Source of the DNA: Chromatiaceae bacterium
GTDB taxonomy: Bacteria > Pseudomonadota > Gammaproteobacteria > Chromatiales > Chromatiaceae
Length of the DNA: 24,000 nucleotides
NCBI GenBank assembly: GCA_013426805.1
Contig: JACDZG010000011.1
Coordinates: forward strand, 4,942-28,941
Direction: 5' to 3'
Shown here one piece after another: positions 7,685 to 14,769 of the stretch. The position numbers and the translations under genes are program-made. The notes beneath the pieces are model-generated. The model did no database searches, had not been told where the DNA came from, and was given only the letters and a program-made list of their open reading frames with translations. How positions within the stretch are numbered: position 1 is the first letter of the stretch; each line of letters opens with the position of its first letter.

Positions 7685-7830
7685 GGGCCGTAGCTTGGGG
7701 TGAGAAGCGAAATCCATACGCTTGTGCCGCTCCGTTGGGCTTCCCCGCGCCCCGACACTCCGGCGTCGCGTGGCTAATCGGGCCGCTGGAGCGGCCAAGA
7801 CTGCATTCCCACGCGGAGCGTGGGAACGAG
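7685..7830. repeat. copy 2 of the ~140-bp structured REP/MITE-like repeat
   Basis: See 5021..5158. The terminal hairpin here is TTCCCACGC-GGA-GCGTGGGAA. Translation gives the HAERGNE/PRGAWE-type pseudo-peptides typical of such repeats in GC-rich gammaproteobacteria. Confidence 0.85.
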
Positions 7831-7891
7831 ATGGTTCCGATTGCGATGATCGCACGCCGCCGGCGTGCACTACTTATCAGGAGACCAAGCA

Positions 7892-8080
7892 ATGCAAACC
7901 GCAAAACAACAAGCCGAATCAGTGCTGCGGCACCTGCCCGACAACTGCACCCTGGAGGATATCCAGTATCATCTCTATGTGCTTGAGAGGATCGGCAACG
8001 GTCGGAACGATATCGAGGACGGTCGCTCATTCACGGCTGACGAGGCGAAAGAGCGTCTGGCATCATGGCTGCCGAACTGA
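7892..8080 (+). CDS. putative type II antitoxin (partner of a ParE/RelE-type toxin)
   Basis: 62-aa ORF with AGGAG RBS ~8 nt upstream of the ATG at 7892 (track ORF starts at GTG 7865). It overlaps the start of a ParE/RelE-like reading frame by 16 nt. The C-terminal EDIQYHLYVLERI...DIEDGR...EAKERL pattern is seen in small antitoxins. Confidence 0.55.
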   Translation: MQTAKQQAESVLRHLPDNCTLEDIQYHLYVLERIGNGRNDIEDGRSFTADEAKERLASWLPN

Positions 8081-8223
8081 TCTGGGCGCTGGAGGCGCTC
8101 GACGATATCGATGCGATGGCCCGCTATATCGCCCGCGATTCGGCGGTCTACGCCCGGCGCGTCGTCTTGGAGATGCTCGAACTTGGTGAGTTATTCCTGA
8201 CGCAGCCGCTGAATCGATCATAA
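8065..8223 (+). pseudogene. truncated ParE/RelE-family toxin (52 codons, roughly the N-terminal half)
   Basis: MAAELIWALEALDDIDAMARYIARDSAVYARRVVLEMLELGELFLTQP matches the ParE/RelE N-terminal helices (i.w...A..dl..i..yia.d.p..A.r.v..i......L...P). The beta-sheet half carrying the catalytic residues is absent and the frame stops at 8221..8223. Confidence 0.6.
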
Positions 8224-8259
8224 CCCGACGATATTCAAGCTAAGTTTGCGGAGAGGTCC

Positions 8260-8331
8260 ATGCTCACAATCAGCATGTTTTACGGCATCATCGTCCGGAT
8301 GCTATTCATGGACCACAAGCAACACAATCTG
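8260..8331 (+). pseudogene. DUF4160-family gene stump (first 24 codons only)
   Basis: MLTISMFYGIIVRMLFMDHKQHNL matches the DUF4160 N-terminus (M..Is.FyGI.I.Myf.DH.pPH.H). GGAGAGG RBS upstream. Homology stops at the AT-rich element starting at 8333, and the open frame then runs into it and stops at 8383..8385. Confidence 0.6.
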
Positions 8332-8332
8332 C

Positions 8333-8447
8333 TAAGTACATCAATACAATTGTTTGTATTAAAAGTAATTCTCGTAATATGCTAAAACTATATTTATCAG
8401 CGGCTTATAATAATTGTGTATTACAAATAAATTTATTGATGTACTTA
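8333..8447. mobile_element. AT-rich 115-bp MITE-like element with terminal inverted repeats
   Basis: TAAGTACATCAATA (8333..8346) and TATTGATGTACTTA (8434..8447) are perfect 14-bp inverted repeats that extend imperfectly to ~28 bp. The interior is extremely A+T-rich in an otherwise G+C-rich context. A TA dinucleotide sits at both extremities. Confidence 0.5.
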
Positions 8448-8551
8448 TGTTTCCCGATGTGATCGCTGTCGTCCCGCAGCCGGGTCATCGGTTGGAGTTG
8501 ACCTTCGCCAACGGCGAGCGCCGCCAATTCGACATGACCCCTTACCTTGAC
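8447..8551 (+). pseudogene. DUF2442-family gene, 5' fragment (35 codons), interrupted by the IS200/IS605 element
   Basis: MFPDVIAVVPQPGHRLELTFANGERRQFDMTPYLD is a DUF2442-like N-terminus (v..v.p..d..L.l.F.dG......dl). It continues in frame at 10329. Confidence 0.7.
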
Positions 8552-8631
8552 CCGGTGCGCGGCAAGCCCCGCCGTTCAGGGCGGGGAAGGATAGCGCGGG
8601 GTGCGTATTCGGGACCGGGGCCGGTCCCGTC

Positions 8632-9045
8632 TTAGTGCGGGGTTTGCTGTTGTTCGATGTACTGGCGCACGATGGAAATCGGGGCACCACCGCAGGACGC
8701 GGCGAAGTAGGAGGGCGACCAGAGAACGCCCTTCCAGTAGCGCCGCTGGAGGTCCGGCCGCTCTTGGCGTAGCAACCGGCTGGACACGCCCTTGAGGCTG
8801 TTCACCAGGGCGGACACCGCCACCTTGGGCGGGTACTCGACCAGCAGGTGAACATGGTCGTCCTCGCCGTCCATCTCCACCAAGGTGGCCTCGAAGTCGG
8901 TGCAGACCTTGGCGAAGATAGCGCGCAGGCTGGCGATAGCCTCGCCGTCGAAGACCTTGCGGCGGTATTTCGCCACAAAGACCAAGTTGACGTGCATCGC
9001 AAAAACGCAGTGCCGCCCGTGCCGAATGTCGTTGTCGTTGCTCAT
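8632..9045 (-). CDS. tnpA: IS200/IS605 Y1 (HUH) transposase TnpA
   Basis: HUH motif DHVHLLV, catalytic Tyr region LWSPSYFAASCGG, length 137 aa from MSNDNDIRHGRH (track ORF extends 14 codons further upstream). Confidence 0.9.
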   Translation of the reverse strand: MSNDNDIRHGRHCVFAMHVNLVFVAKYRRKVFDGEAIASLRAIFAKVCTDFEATLVEMDGEDDHVHLLVEYPPKVAVSALVNSLKGVSSRLLRQERPDLQRRYWKGVLWSPSYFAASCGGAPISIVRQYIEQQQTPH

Positions 9046-9058
9046 AGACCAATATACT

Positions 9059-10294
9059 ATGGACATGCAGCGTCTCCAAGCCTTCAAGTTCGAGTTGATG
9101 CCCGACGGCGATCAGGCGCGCGACATGCGCCGCTTCGCCGGATCGTGCCGCTTTGTCTTCAACCGGGCGCTGGCGATACAACAGGCGTTGCACGAGCAGG
9201 GGGCGAAAAAGCTCGGGTATCCGGCGCTGTGCAAGTGCCTCACCGAGTGGCGCAACAGCCCGGAAACCGCATGGCTCGCAGAGGCCCCGGTGCATCCGTT
9301 GCAGCAGACCCTCAAGGACCTGGAGCGGGCCTATACCAACTTCTTCGCCAAGCGCGCCGACTTTCCCCGCTTCAAGAAGAAAGGCCGGTCCCGCGACAGC
9401 TTCCGCTACCCCGACCCGAAACAGATCAAGCTCGACCAGGCCAACGGGCGCCTGTTCCTGCCCAAGCTGGGTTGGCTGCGCTACCGCAACAGCCGCGATG
9501 TGCTCGGCACGGTGAAGAACATCACCGTCAGCCAGTCGGGCGGCAAGTGGTTCGCGTCGATCCAGACCGAGCGTGAGGCGGAGATCCCGGTTCACCAGGG
9601 CACGGCCGTCGGGATCGACCTGGGCATTGTTCGCTTCGCTACCTTGAGCGACGGCGCAGTGTTCGAGCCCCTGAGCAGTTTCAAACGTCAGGAACAGGCG
9701 TTGGCGAAGGCGCAGCGCGCCATGAGCCGCAAGACCAAGTTCGGGAAGAACTGGAAGAAGGCGAAAGCCCAGGTCCAGCGCATCCATACCAAGATCGCCA
9801 ACGCCCGGCGCGACTACCTGCACAAGACCACGACCACGATCAGCCAAAACCACGCGATGGTGTGCATCGAGGACTTGAAGGTTCGCAACATGTCGGCGTC
9901 GGCGGCCGGGACGATCGAAGCGCCGGGTACCAACGTTCGGGCCAAGTCCGGCCTGAACAAAGCCATTCTCGACCAGGGTTGGTTCGAGTTCCGCCGACAA
10001 CTGGACTACAAGACGGCGTGGAGCGGTGGGCACCTGGTCGCGGTGCCCCCACAGAACACCAGCCGAACCTGTCCGTGCTGCGGGCATCTCGCCAAGGAGA
10101 ACCGGCAGACTCAAGCCCGGTTCGCGTGCGTGGAATGCGGTTTCGAGGAAAACGCCGATTTAGTCGGCGCGATCAATGTTCTAAGGGCGGGACACGCCCG
10201 GTTAGCCTGCGGAGAGACTTCGCTCATTGGAGCGTCGGCCCAGGAACCCGCCGAAGCGACTATTCGCGAGCAAGCTTTGCGCGTAGCGCCGTAG
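9059..10294 (+). CDS. tnpB: TnpB (IS605 OrfB-type RNA-guided nuclease)
   Basis: N-terminus MQRLQAFKFELMP. RuvC motifs are VGIDLGIV, VCIEDLKV, NADLVGAINV. Zinc finger is CPCCGH...CVECGF. Start taken at ATG 9059 (the upstream part of track ORF 8885.. is antisense to tnpA). Confidence 0.9.
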   Translation: MDMQRLQAFKFELMPDGDQARDMRRFAGSCRFVFNRALAIQQALHEQGAKKLGYPALCKCLTEWRNSPETAWLAEAPVHPLQQTLKDLERAYTNFFAKRADFPRFKKKGRSRDSFRYPDPKQIKLDQANGRLFLPKLGWLRYRNSRDVLGTVKNITVSQSGGKWFASIQTEREAEIPVHQGTAVGIDLGIVRFATLSDGAVFEPLSSFKRQEQALAKAQRAMSRKTKFGKNWKKAKAQVQRIHTKIANARRDYLHKTTTTISQNHAMVCIEDLKVRNMSASAAGTIEAPGTNVRAKSGLNKAILDQGWFEFRRQLDYKTAWSGGHLVAVPPQNTSRTCPCCGHLAKENRQTQARFACVECGFEENADLVGAINVLRAGHARLACGETSLIGASAQEPAEATIREQALRVAP

Positions 10295-10344
10295 GAATCG
10301 CCGTCCTTCAGGTCGGCGAGGATGTCAATATCCGGTCTTCCAAC
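10130..10344 (+). ncRNA. predicted TnpB omega-RNA (scaffold overlapping the tnpB 3' end and RE, plus ~16-nt guide read from the flank)
   Basis: Inferred only from the established architecture of TnpB loci. The RE hairpin 10298..10319 and the element end at 10328 are visible. The 5' boundary is a guess. Confidence 0.3.
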
Positions 10345-10490
10345 GGCTCCGGAATCCCGGTTTTTTCGGCTTGGCCCGGGTAGCGTACGGTACCGTGACC
10401 TGGCCCGGTGAGATCGATATCGCCCCCGAAACCCTCTATGTCGAGGCGGTGCCGGAATGCGACGATGAAAAGGAGTCGATCTCACTGTGA
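10329..10490 (+). pseudogene. DUF2442-family gene, 3' fragment (53 codons plus stop)
   Basis: YPVFQRLRNPGFFGLARVAYGTVTWPGEIDIAPETLYVEAV... carries the DUF2442 C-terminal signature (vF.pL.dp..F..v.v...gtv.WP.g.DiaPe.LY). It is in frame with 8447..8551 once the IS is removed. Confidence 0.7.
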
Positions 10491-11467
10491 CTTCGCCATT
10501 TCAGGAACCGCTCATGGACACCCAGCCGCCCAACCCGGACTTTGCCGACCGCGCCCGCGCCGCCCTGCTCGCCCACGCCTGCGGCGACCGCTTCGGTGCG
10601 CCGCTGGAGTTCGTATCGGATCTCAGCGTGCGGACGCGCGCGGTCCACTTGGGCAATTGGACCGACGACACGCACATGTCGCTGTATCTCGGCGAGGCGC
10701 TGCTGGCCTATGGTCCCATCACGGACCAATCACCCTTTGCGGCTGATCGGTTCGGGACCCTGGTGGGTGAGGCTTTCGTGCGCTGGCTGCATGATCCACT
10801 GACTCCGACTACCGCACCCGGCAACACCTGCCTGACCGGTGCACGCCATTTCGAGCGTGACCGTGACTGGAAAACCAGCGGGATCCGATCGTCCGACGGT
10901 TGCGGGGCGGTGATGCGCATCGTTCCCATTGGACTCGCCTGGCGCGGGGAGGCGCTGCTGGAGGCGGCCCGGGTCTCGGCCCTGGTCACCCACGCGCATC
11001 CCAATGCGCTGGAAGCGGCGATGGCCGGGGCCTGGCTGGTCGGGCGGATTCTGGAGACCGGGGTCTGGGGCGCGGCCTGTGTGGAAGACGCGATCCGGCA
11101 TCTGGATGGACCCTGGAGTCAGGGCGGGAACCTGGCCGAGAGTCTGAGCGCCGCGCTGGACTGGGCGCAGCGGGGCAAGGAGTGGCTGGACGAGCCGGCG
11201 ATTCCACTGGGTGACGGCGGCTGGCGCTCGGGCAGCGCGTTGGGGCTCGCGGTGGCCGCGGCACTGCGCTGGCCCGACGACCTGGGGTTGGCGATCGAGA
11301 AGGCAGCGCGGATTCAGGGCGATTCGGACTCGGTGGCCTGCCTGACCGGCGCCCTGCTGGGGGCGGCCCTGGGGACAGCGGCGATCCCGCCGGCATGGCT
11401 CGCGACGCTGCCGCGGCGCGCCGAGATCGCCGGTCTGGCGGATCGGTTGGCGGCCATCAGGGCGTAG
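10487..11467 (+). CDS. ADP-ribosylglycohydrolase (ARH/DraG) family protein
   Basis: ARH motifs are ACGDRFGAPLEF, WTDDTHMSL and the C-terminal GDSDSVACLTGALLGA. The track start is a GTG overlapping the DUF2442 stop. An ATG at 10514 with AGGA 7 nt upstream is an equally good start. Confidence 0.8.
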   Translation: MTSPFQEPLMDTQPPNPDFADRARAALLAHACGDRFGAPLEFVSDLSVRTRAVHLGNWTDDTHMSLYLGEALLAYGPITDQSPFAADRFGTLVGEAFVRWLHDPLTPTTAPGNTCLTGARHFERDRDWKTSGIRSSDGCGAVMRIVPIGLAWRGEALLEAARVSALVTHAHPNALEAAMAGAWLVGRILETGVWGAACVEDAIRHLDGPWSQGGNLAESLSAALDWAQRGKEWLDEPAIPLGDGGWRSGSALGLAVAAALRWPDDLGLAIEKAARIQGDSDSVACLTGALLGAALGTAAIPPAWLATLPRRAEIAGLADRLAAIRA

Positions 11468-11575
11468 CTGCGGTCAGGACGATCGCATCAAACCAAGCGC
11501 TGAGTGCTGAGTGCGCTGTTAAGGTTTACCCTAACCAGCGGCTAACCCTGCCGTCGACTATGGACCCCGTTCGCC

Positions 11576-14500
11576 ATGCCCAGCACACCGGCCCCGTCAC
11601 CCGACCAAGACCCGTTTCTCTTCGACAGCGAGCAGATCCATGCGCTGGCCCCGCCCGGGCTGATTCGCAGCGCGCTGCGGCATTGCCAAGACAAACGCGT
11701 CACCGCGCTGGACTCGGACGGCGAGCGGCTGTGGGCGCGGGTCGAGGATGCGGAGACCGAAGCGCAGTTGGATCTGACCCTGGGCTATGACATCGATGGG
11801 AATCTCCGCTGCGAGTGTCAATGCGAAGCGGATCCGGACGGGCTCTGCGTGCATGGCCTGGCGGCCCTGTTTGCCCATAGTCAGGCGAGCGGCAGCGCCG
11901 GGGCGCTGACCGGGGCCGTGGCGGGCGCGATCGAGGAGCGTGCACTGCGCGGGCGCACCGAGGTGCAGGTGGAGCCGGTGTCGGGCGGCGATTGGCTCGG
12001 GACCTGGCGGGCGCGGTCCATCAATCCCACCGGGTATCTGCCCACCAGCTATCTGGTACACATCCGCTCGCTGACCCGCCGTGCCAACTGGTGCACCTGC
12101 CCGGACTTCGCCACCAATCAGCTCGGCACCTGCAAGCATGTGGAGGCGGTGCTCCATCGGCTGCGCAAACGCAAGGGCTTCAAGAAGGCCCGAGACGGGG
12201 CTCCGGACACCGCCTTCGTCTACCTGGATTGGGAGTGTGAGAACGCGCCGGCCGTGCGGTTGCAGCGCGCGGGTGAGACGAGCGTCGAGTTGGCGTCGCT
12301 GCTGAACGAACACTTCGACGCGGCTGGGGTCTTCCGGGGGCGGCTGCCGGACGGGCTGTTGCGGCTTGCCGATACCCTGGCTGGACGGCCCGATATCGAA
12401 ATGGGCGAGGACACCCTGGGCTTCGCCCGTCGACTGGCGGAGGACGCCGCCCGCCAGATCCGGGCGCAGGAGATCGGCGAGCGCATTCGCGCCGGCGGCG
12501 GGCGCCTGCCGGGTGTGCGGGCCACCCTCTATCCCTATCAGGTCGACGGGGTCGCCTTTCTGGCCGGACGCGGGCGTGCGCTGCTCGCTGACGACATGGG
12601 TCTGGGCAAGACGCTTCAGGCCATTGCCGCCGCGCATTGGCTGCACCAGCACGATCAGGTGGAGCGGGTACTGGTGATCTGTCCGGCCTCGCTCAAACGC
12701 CAATGGGCGCGCGAGATCGCCAAGTTCACCGGCGCCGAGGCGGAGGTGGTGCAGGGGCCGGTGGCGGGGCGCGCCGTCCAATACCGCAAAGGGACCGGCT
12801 TTTATGTCATCAACTATGAACTGGTGTTACGCGACCTGAGCCTGATCAATGAGACGCTGGGTCCCGATCTGGTGATCCTCGACGAGGCGCAGCGCATCAA
12901 AAACTGGCGCACCCGGATCGCCTCGGCGGTGAAGCAGATTCCCTCGCGCTATGCCTTTGTGCTCACGGGTACGCCCCTGGAGAACCGCCTGGAGGATCTC
13001 TACAGCCTGATGCAGGTGGTGGACCCGCGCGTACTCGGACCGCTGTGGCGCTATCTGGTCGATTTCCACATCACCGATGAACGCGGCAAGGTGCTGGGCT
13101 ACCGTAATCTCTCCGAACTGCGCCGCCGCCTGACCCCGGTGATGCTGCGTCGTGACCGCAGTCTGGTGCGCGATCAGCTTCCGGAACGGATTGAACAGCG
13201 GCTCGACTGCGCGCTGACCCCCAAGCAACAGGAAATCCACGACGAGGCCGTCAATGCCGCGGGCATCCTGGCGCAGATCATGAAGCGCCGGCCGCTGACC
13301 CCGTCCGAACAGAACCGCATGATGGCCGCGTTGCAACGGGCGCGCATGGCCTGTGATGCCGCCGGTCTGGTGGACAAGGAGACCGAGGGCTCGCCCAAAC
13401 TCGACGAGCTGGAGACGATTCTCGATGAACTGTGCCGACTGTCCGGGCTCAAGGCCGTGGTTTTCTCCCAGTGGGAACGCATGACCGAACTGGTGGAGCA
13501 GCGGGTGCGGCGCATGGGGCTGGGCTCGGTGCGGCTGCACGGCGGTGTCCCCAGCGCCAATCGCGGGGCGCTGATCGACCGTTTCCACGATGACGACGCG
13601 GTGCAGGTCTTCATCTCCACCGATGCCGGCGGTGTCGGCCTCAACCTGCAATGCGCCTCCGTGCTGGTGAATCTGGACATTCCCTGGAATCCGGCGGTCC
13701 TCGATCAGCGCATCGCCCGGATTCACCGGCTCGGTCAGCGCCAGCGGGTTCAGGTGATCCTGCTGGTGGCCCCGGACTCCTATGAGGAGCGGGTCCTGGG
13801 TCTGGTGCAGGGTAAGCGCGTGCTGTTCGACAATGTGGTGGACCCGGAAGCGACCGAGGACGTGGTCGATGTCTCCAAGCGGCTGGCCGAGGTCCTGGCC
13901 GGGGATCTGGCGGGTCCGGATGAGCGGGGAGCGACCGAGCACGCGGCCTCCGCCGAGCCTGAGCCTGAGCCTGCCGCGGACCTGCCCGCGGTCGAGCCGC
14001 CGGCCGCCCTCGCCGCGCCGGAGGACGAACCGAGCGTCGCGACGCCAAGCGACACGGCAGCATTACCCGAGCCGCCGCGCGGGTCACTCCCCACCGAAGC
14101 GGTGCGCGGCTGCATCATCGCGCTGCAAGACCGCTTCGGTACGCGGATCGAGCGCATCCTGGCCAGCCGCGGCGGGCTGCTGGTGGTGATGGACAGTACC
14201 GACGCGGAGGCCGACCAATTCGCCGAGGGGCTGTCGGATCAGCTCCCGATCGCGCTGATCGACCGCCGCACCCTGGCCGGGCTCCAACGGCTCGGGGCGG
14301 CCTCGCCGGCGGCGGAGGGCGAGATCCTGTTCGAGGCGGGGGCCGCACCGGTTCCCGTCGAGGGTCATCCCCTGGCCCGTCAGGCCCAGGCCAAGCTCGA
14401 GGGTGCTCGGGTGCTGCTGGCGCAGACCCAAGCCGGAGCCGCGCTCGGTGGGCCGGCGCTGGACCTGCTGCTCGGTGCCCTGCTGTGCGCCGCGGCGCTC

Positions 14501-14716
14501 CTGACCGGCCGGGCCCAACCGCCCAATCCCCGCGAAGCCGGCATCTGGCTTTATGGGGAGGCGCTGCCGACCGGTGCCATTGAGCCCGCCGATGCCGCCC
14601 TGGTGATGCGTGCCATTGCCCTGGCCCAGGCAGCGGAGGCCGTGCCCTTGGCTTTGCTGGAGGATTTGGCCGCGGATACCGAGCCATTCATACAACGGGT
14701 GCGAGGACGTGCGTAG
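11576..14716 (+). CDS. SNF2-family helicase with two N-terminal SWIM zinc fingers and a ~290-aa Ala/Pro/Leu-rich C-terminal extension
   Basis: SWIM motifs are CECQCEADPDGLCVHGLAAL and CTCPDFATNQLGTCKHVEAVL. SNF2 motifs are LADDMGLGKT (I), DEAQRIKN (II), LTGTPLENRLEDLYSLM (III), STDAGGVGLNLQ (V), WNPAVLDQRIARIHRLGQ (VI). Confidence 0.9.
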   Translation: MPSTPAPSPDQDPFLFDSEQIHALAPPGLIRSALRHCQDKRVTALDSDGERLWARVEDAETEAQLDLTLGYDIDGNLRCECQCEADPDGLCVHGLAALFAHSQASGSAGALTGAVAGAIEERALRGRTEVQVEPVSGGDWLGTWRARSINPTGYLPTSYLVHIRSLTRRANWCTCPDFATNQLGTCKHVEAVLHRLRKRKGFKKARDGAPDTAFVYLDWECENAPAVRLQRAGETSVELASLLNEHFDAAGVFRGRLPDGLLRLADTLAGRPDIEMGEDTLGFARRLAEDAARQIRAQEIGERIRAGGGRLPGVRATLYPYQVDGVAFLAGRGRALLADDMGLGKTLQAIAAAHWLHQHDQVERVLVICPASLKRQWAREIAKFTGAEAEVVQGPVAGRAVQYRKGTGFYVINYELVLRDLSLINETLGPDLVILDEAQRIKNWRTRIASAVKQIPSRYAFVLTGTPLENRLEDLYSLMQVVDPRVLGPLWRYLVDFHITDERGKVLGYRNLSELRRRLTPVMLRRDRSLVRDQLPERIEQRLDCALTPKQQEIHDEAVNAAGILAQIMKRRPLTPSEQNRMMAALQRARMACDAAGLVDKETEGSPKLDELETILDELCRLSGLKAVVFSQWERMTELVEQRVRRMGLGSVRLHGGVPSANRGALIDRFHDDDAVQVFISTDAGGVGLNLQCASVLVNLDIPWNPAVLDQRIARIHRLGQRQRVQVILLVAPDSYEERVLGLVQGKRVLFDNVVDPEATEDVVDVSKRLAEVLAGDLAGPDERGATEHAASAEPEPEPAADLPAVEPPAALAAPEDEPSVATPSDTAALPEPPRGSLPTEAVRGCIIALQDRFGTRIERILASRGGLLVVMDSTDAEADQFAEGLSDQLPIALIDRRTLAGLQRLGAASPAAEGEILFEAGAAPVPVEGHPLARQAQAKLEGARVLLAQTQAGAALGGPALDLLLGALLCAAALLTGRAQPPNPREAGIWLYGEALPTGAIEPADAALVMRAIALAQAAEAVPLALLEDLAADTEPFIQRVRGRA

Positions 14717-14769
14717 GGGCCTAGTGTCCCGCATGGCGGGGAGCGGCCCAGCGCCGCTGATGTTCGCGG

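Larger units (their letters stand above)
8552..10328 (+). mobile_element. IS200/IS605-family element (IS605-type, divergent tnpA and tnpB), ~1.78 kb
   Basis: No terminal IRs, as expected. Subterminal hairpins lie at LE (CCCCGCC-GTTCAG-GGCGGGG, 8567..8586) and RE (TCGCCGTCC-TTCA-GGTCGGCGA, 10298..10319), each followed by (A)AGGAT. RE ends in TCAA. Removing 8552..10328 restores an uninterrupted DUF2442 ORF. The left junction could instead lie after TTAC at 8545, which is also in frame. Confidence 0.8.

Noticed and set aside
5021-7830. Whether the two ~140-bp repeats could be a CRISPR array or IS terminal repeats
   Set aside because: There are only two copies 2.5 kb apart. They are far longer than CRISPR repeats, direct rather than inverted, and no transposase lies between them. 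They are better described as REP/MITE-like units.
8414-8635. 73-aa track ORF taken as an intact gene
   Set aside because: It is a chimera. The first 11 codons come from the AT-rich MITE-like element, the middle is the DUF2442 N-terminus, and the Arg/Gly-rich tail is read from the IS605 left end.
8576-10114. 512-aa ORF on the minus strand across the IS605 element
   Set aside because: It is antisense to tnpB, which has clear RuvC and zinc-finger motifs. The translation is Arg/Gly/Ala/Pro/Leu-rich low complexity, typical of mirror frames in G+C-rich DNA, and it also runs through tnpA in the wrong frame.
11597-13942. Long minus-strand ORFs (11597..12781, 12827..13942) and many shorter ORFs inside the SNF2 gene
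   Set aside because: They are antisense to a gene with a full, ordered set of SNF2 helicase motifs. They have no motifs of their own and an Arg/Pro/Gly-biased composition.
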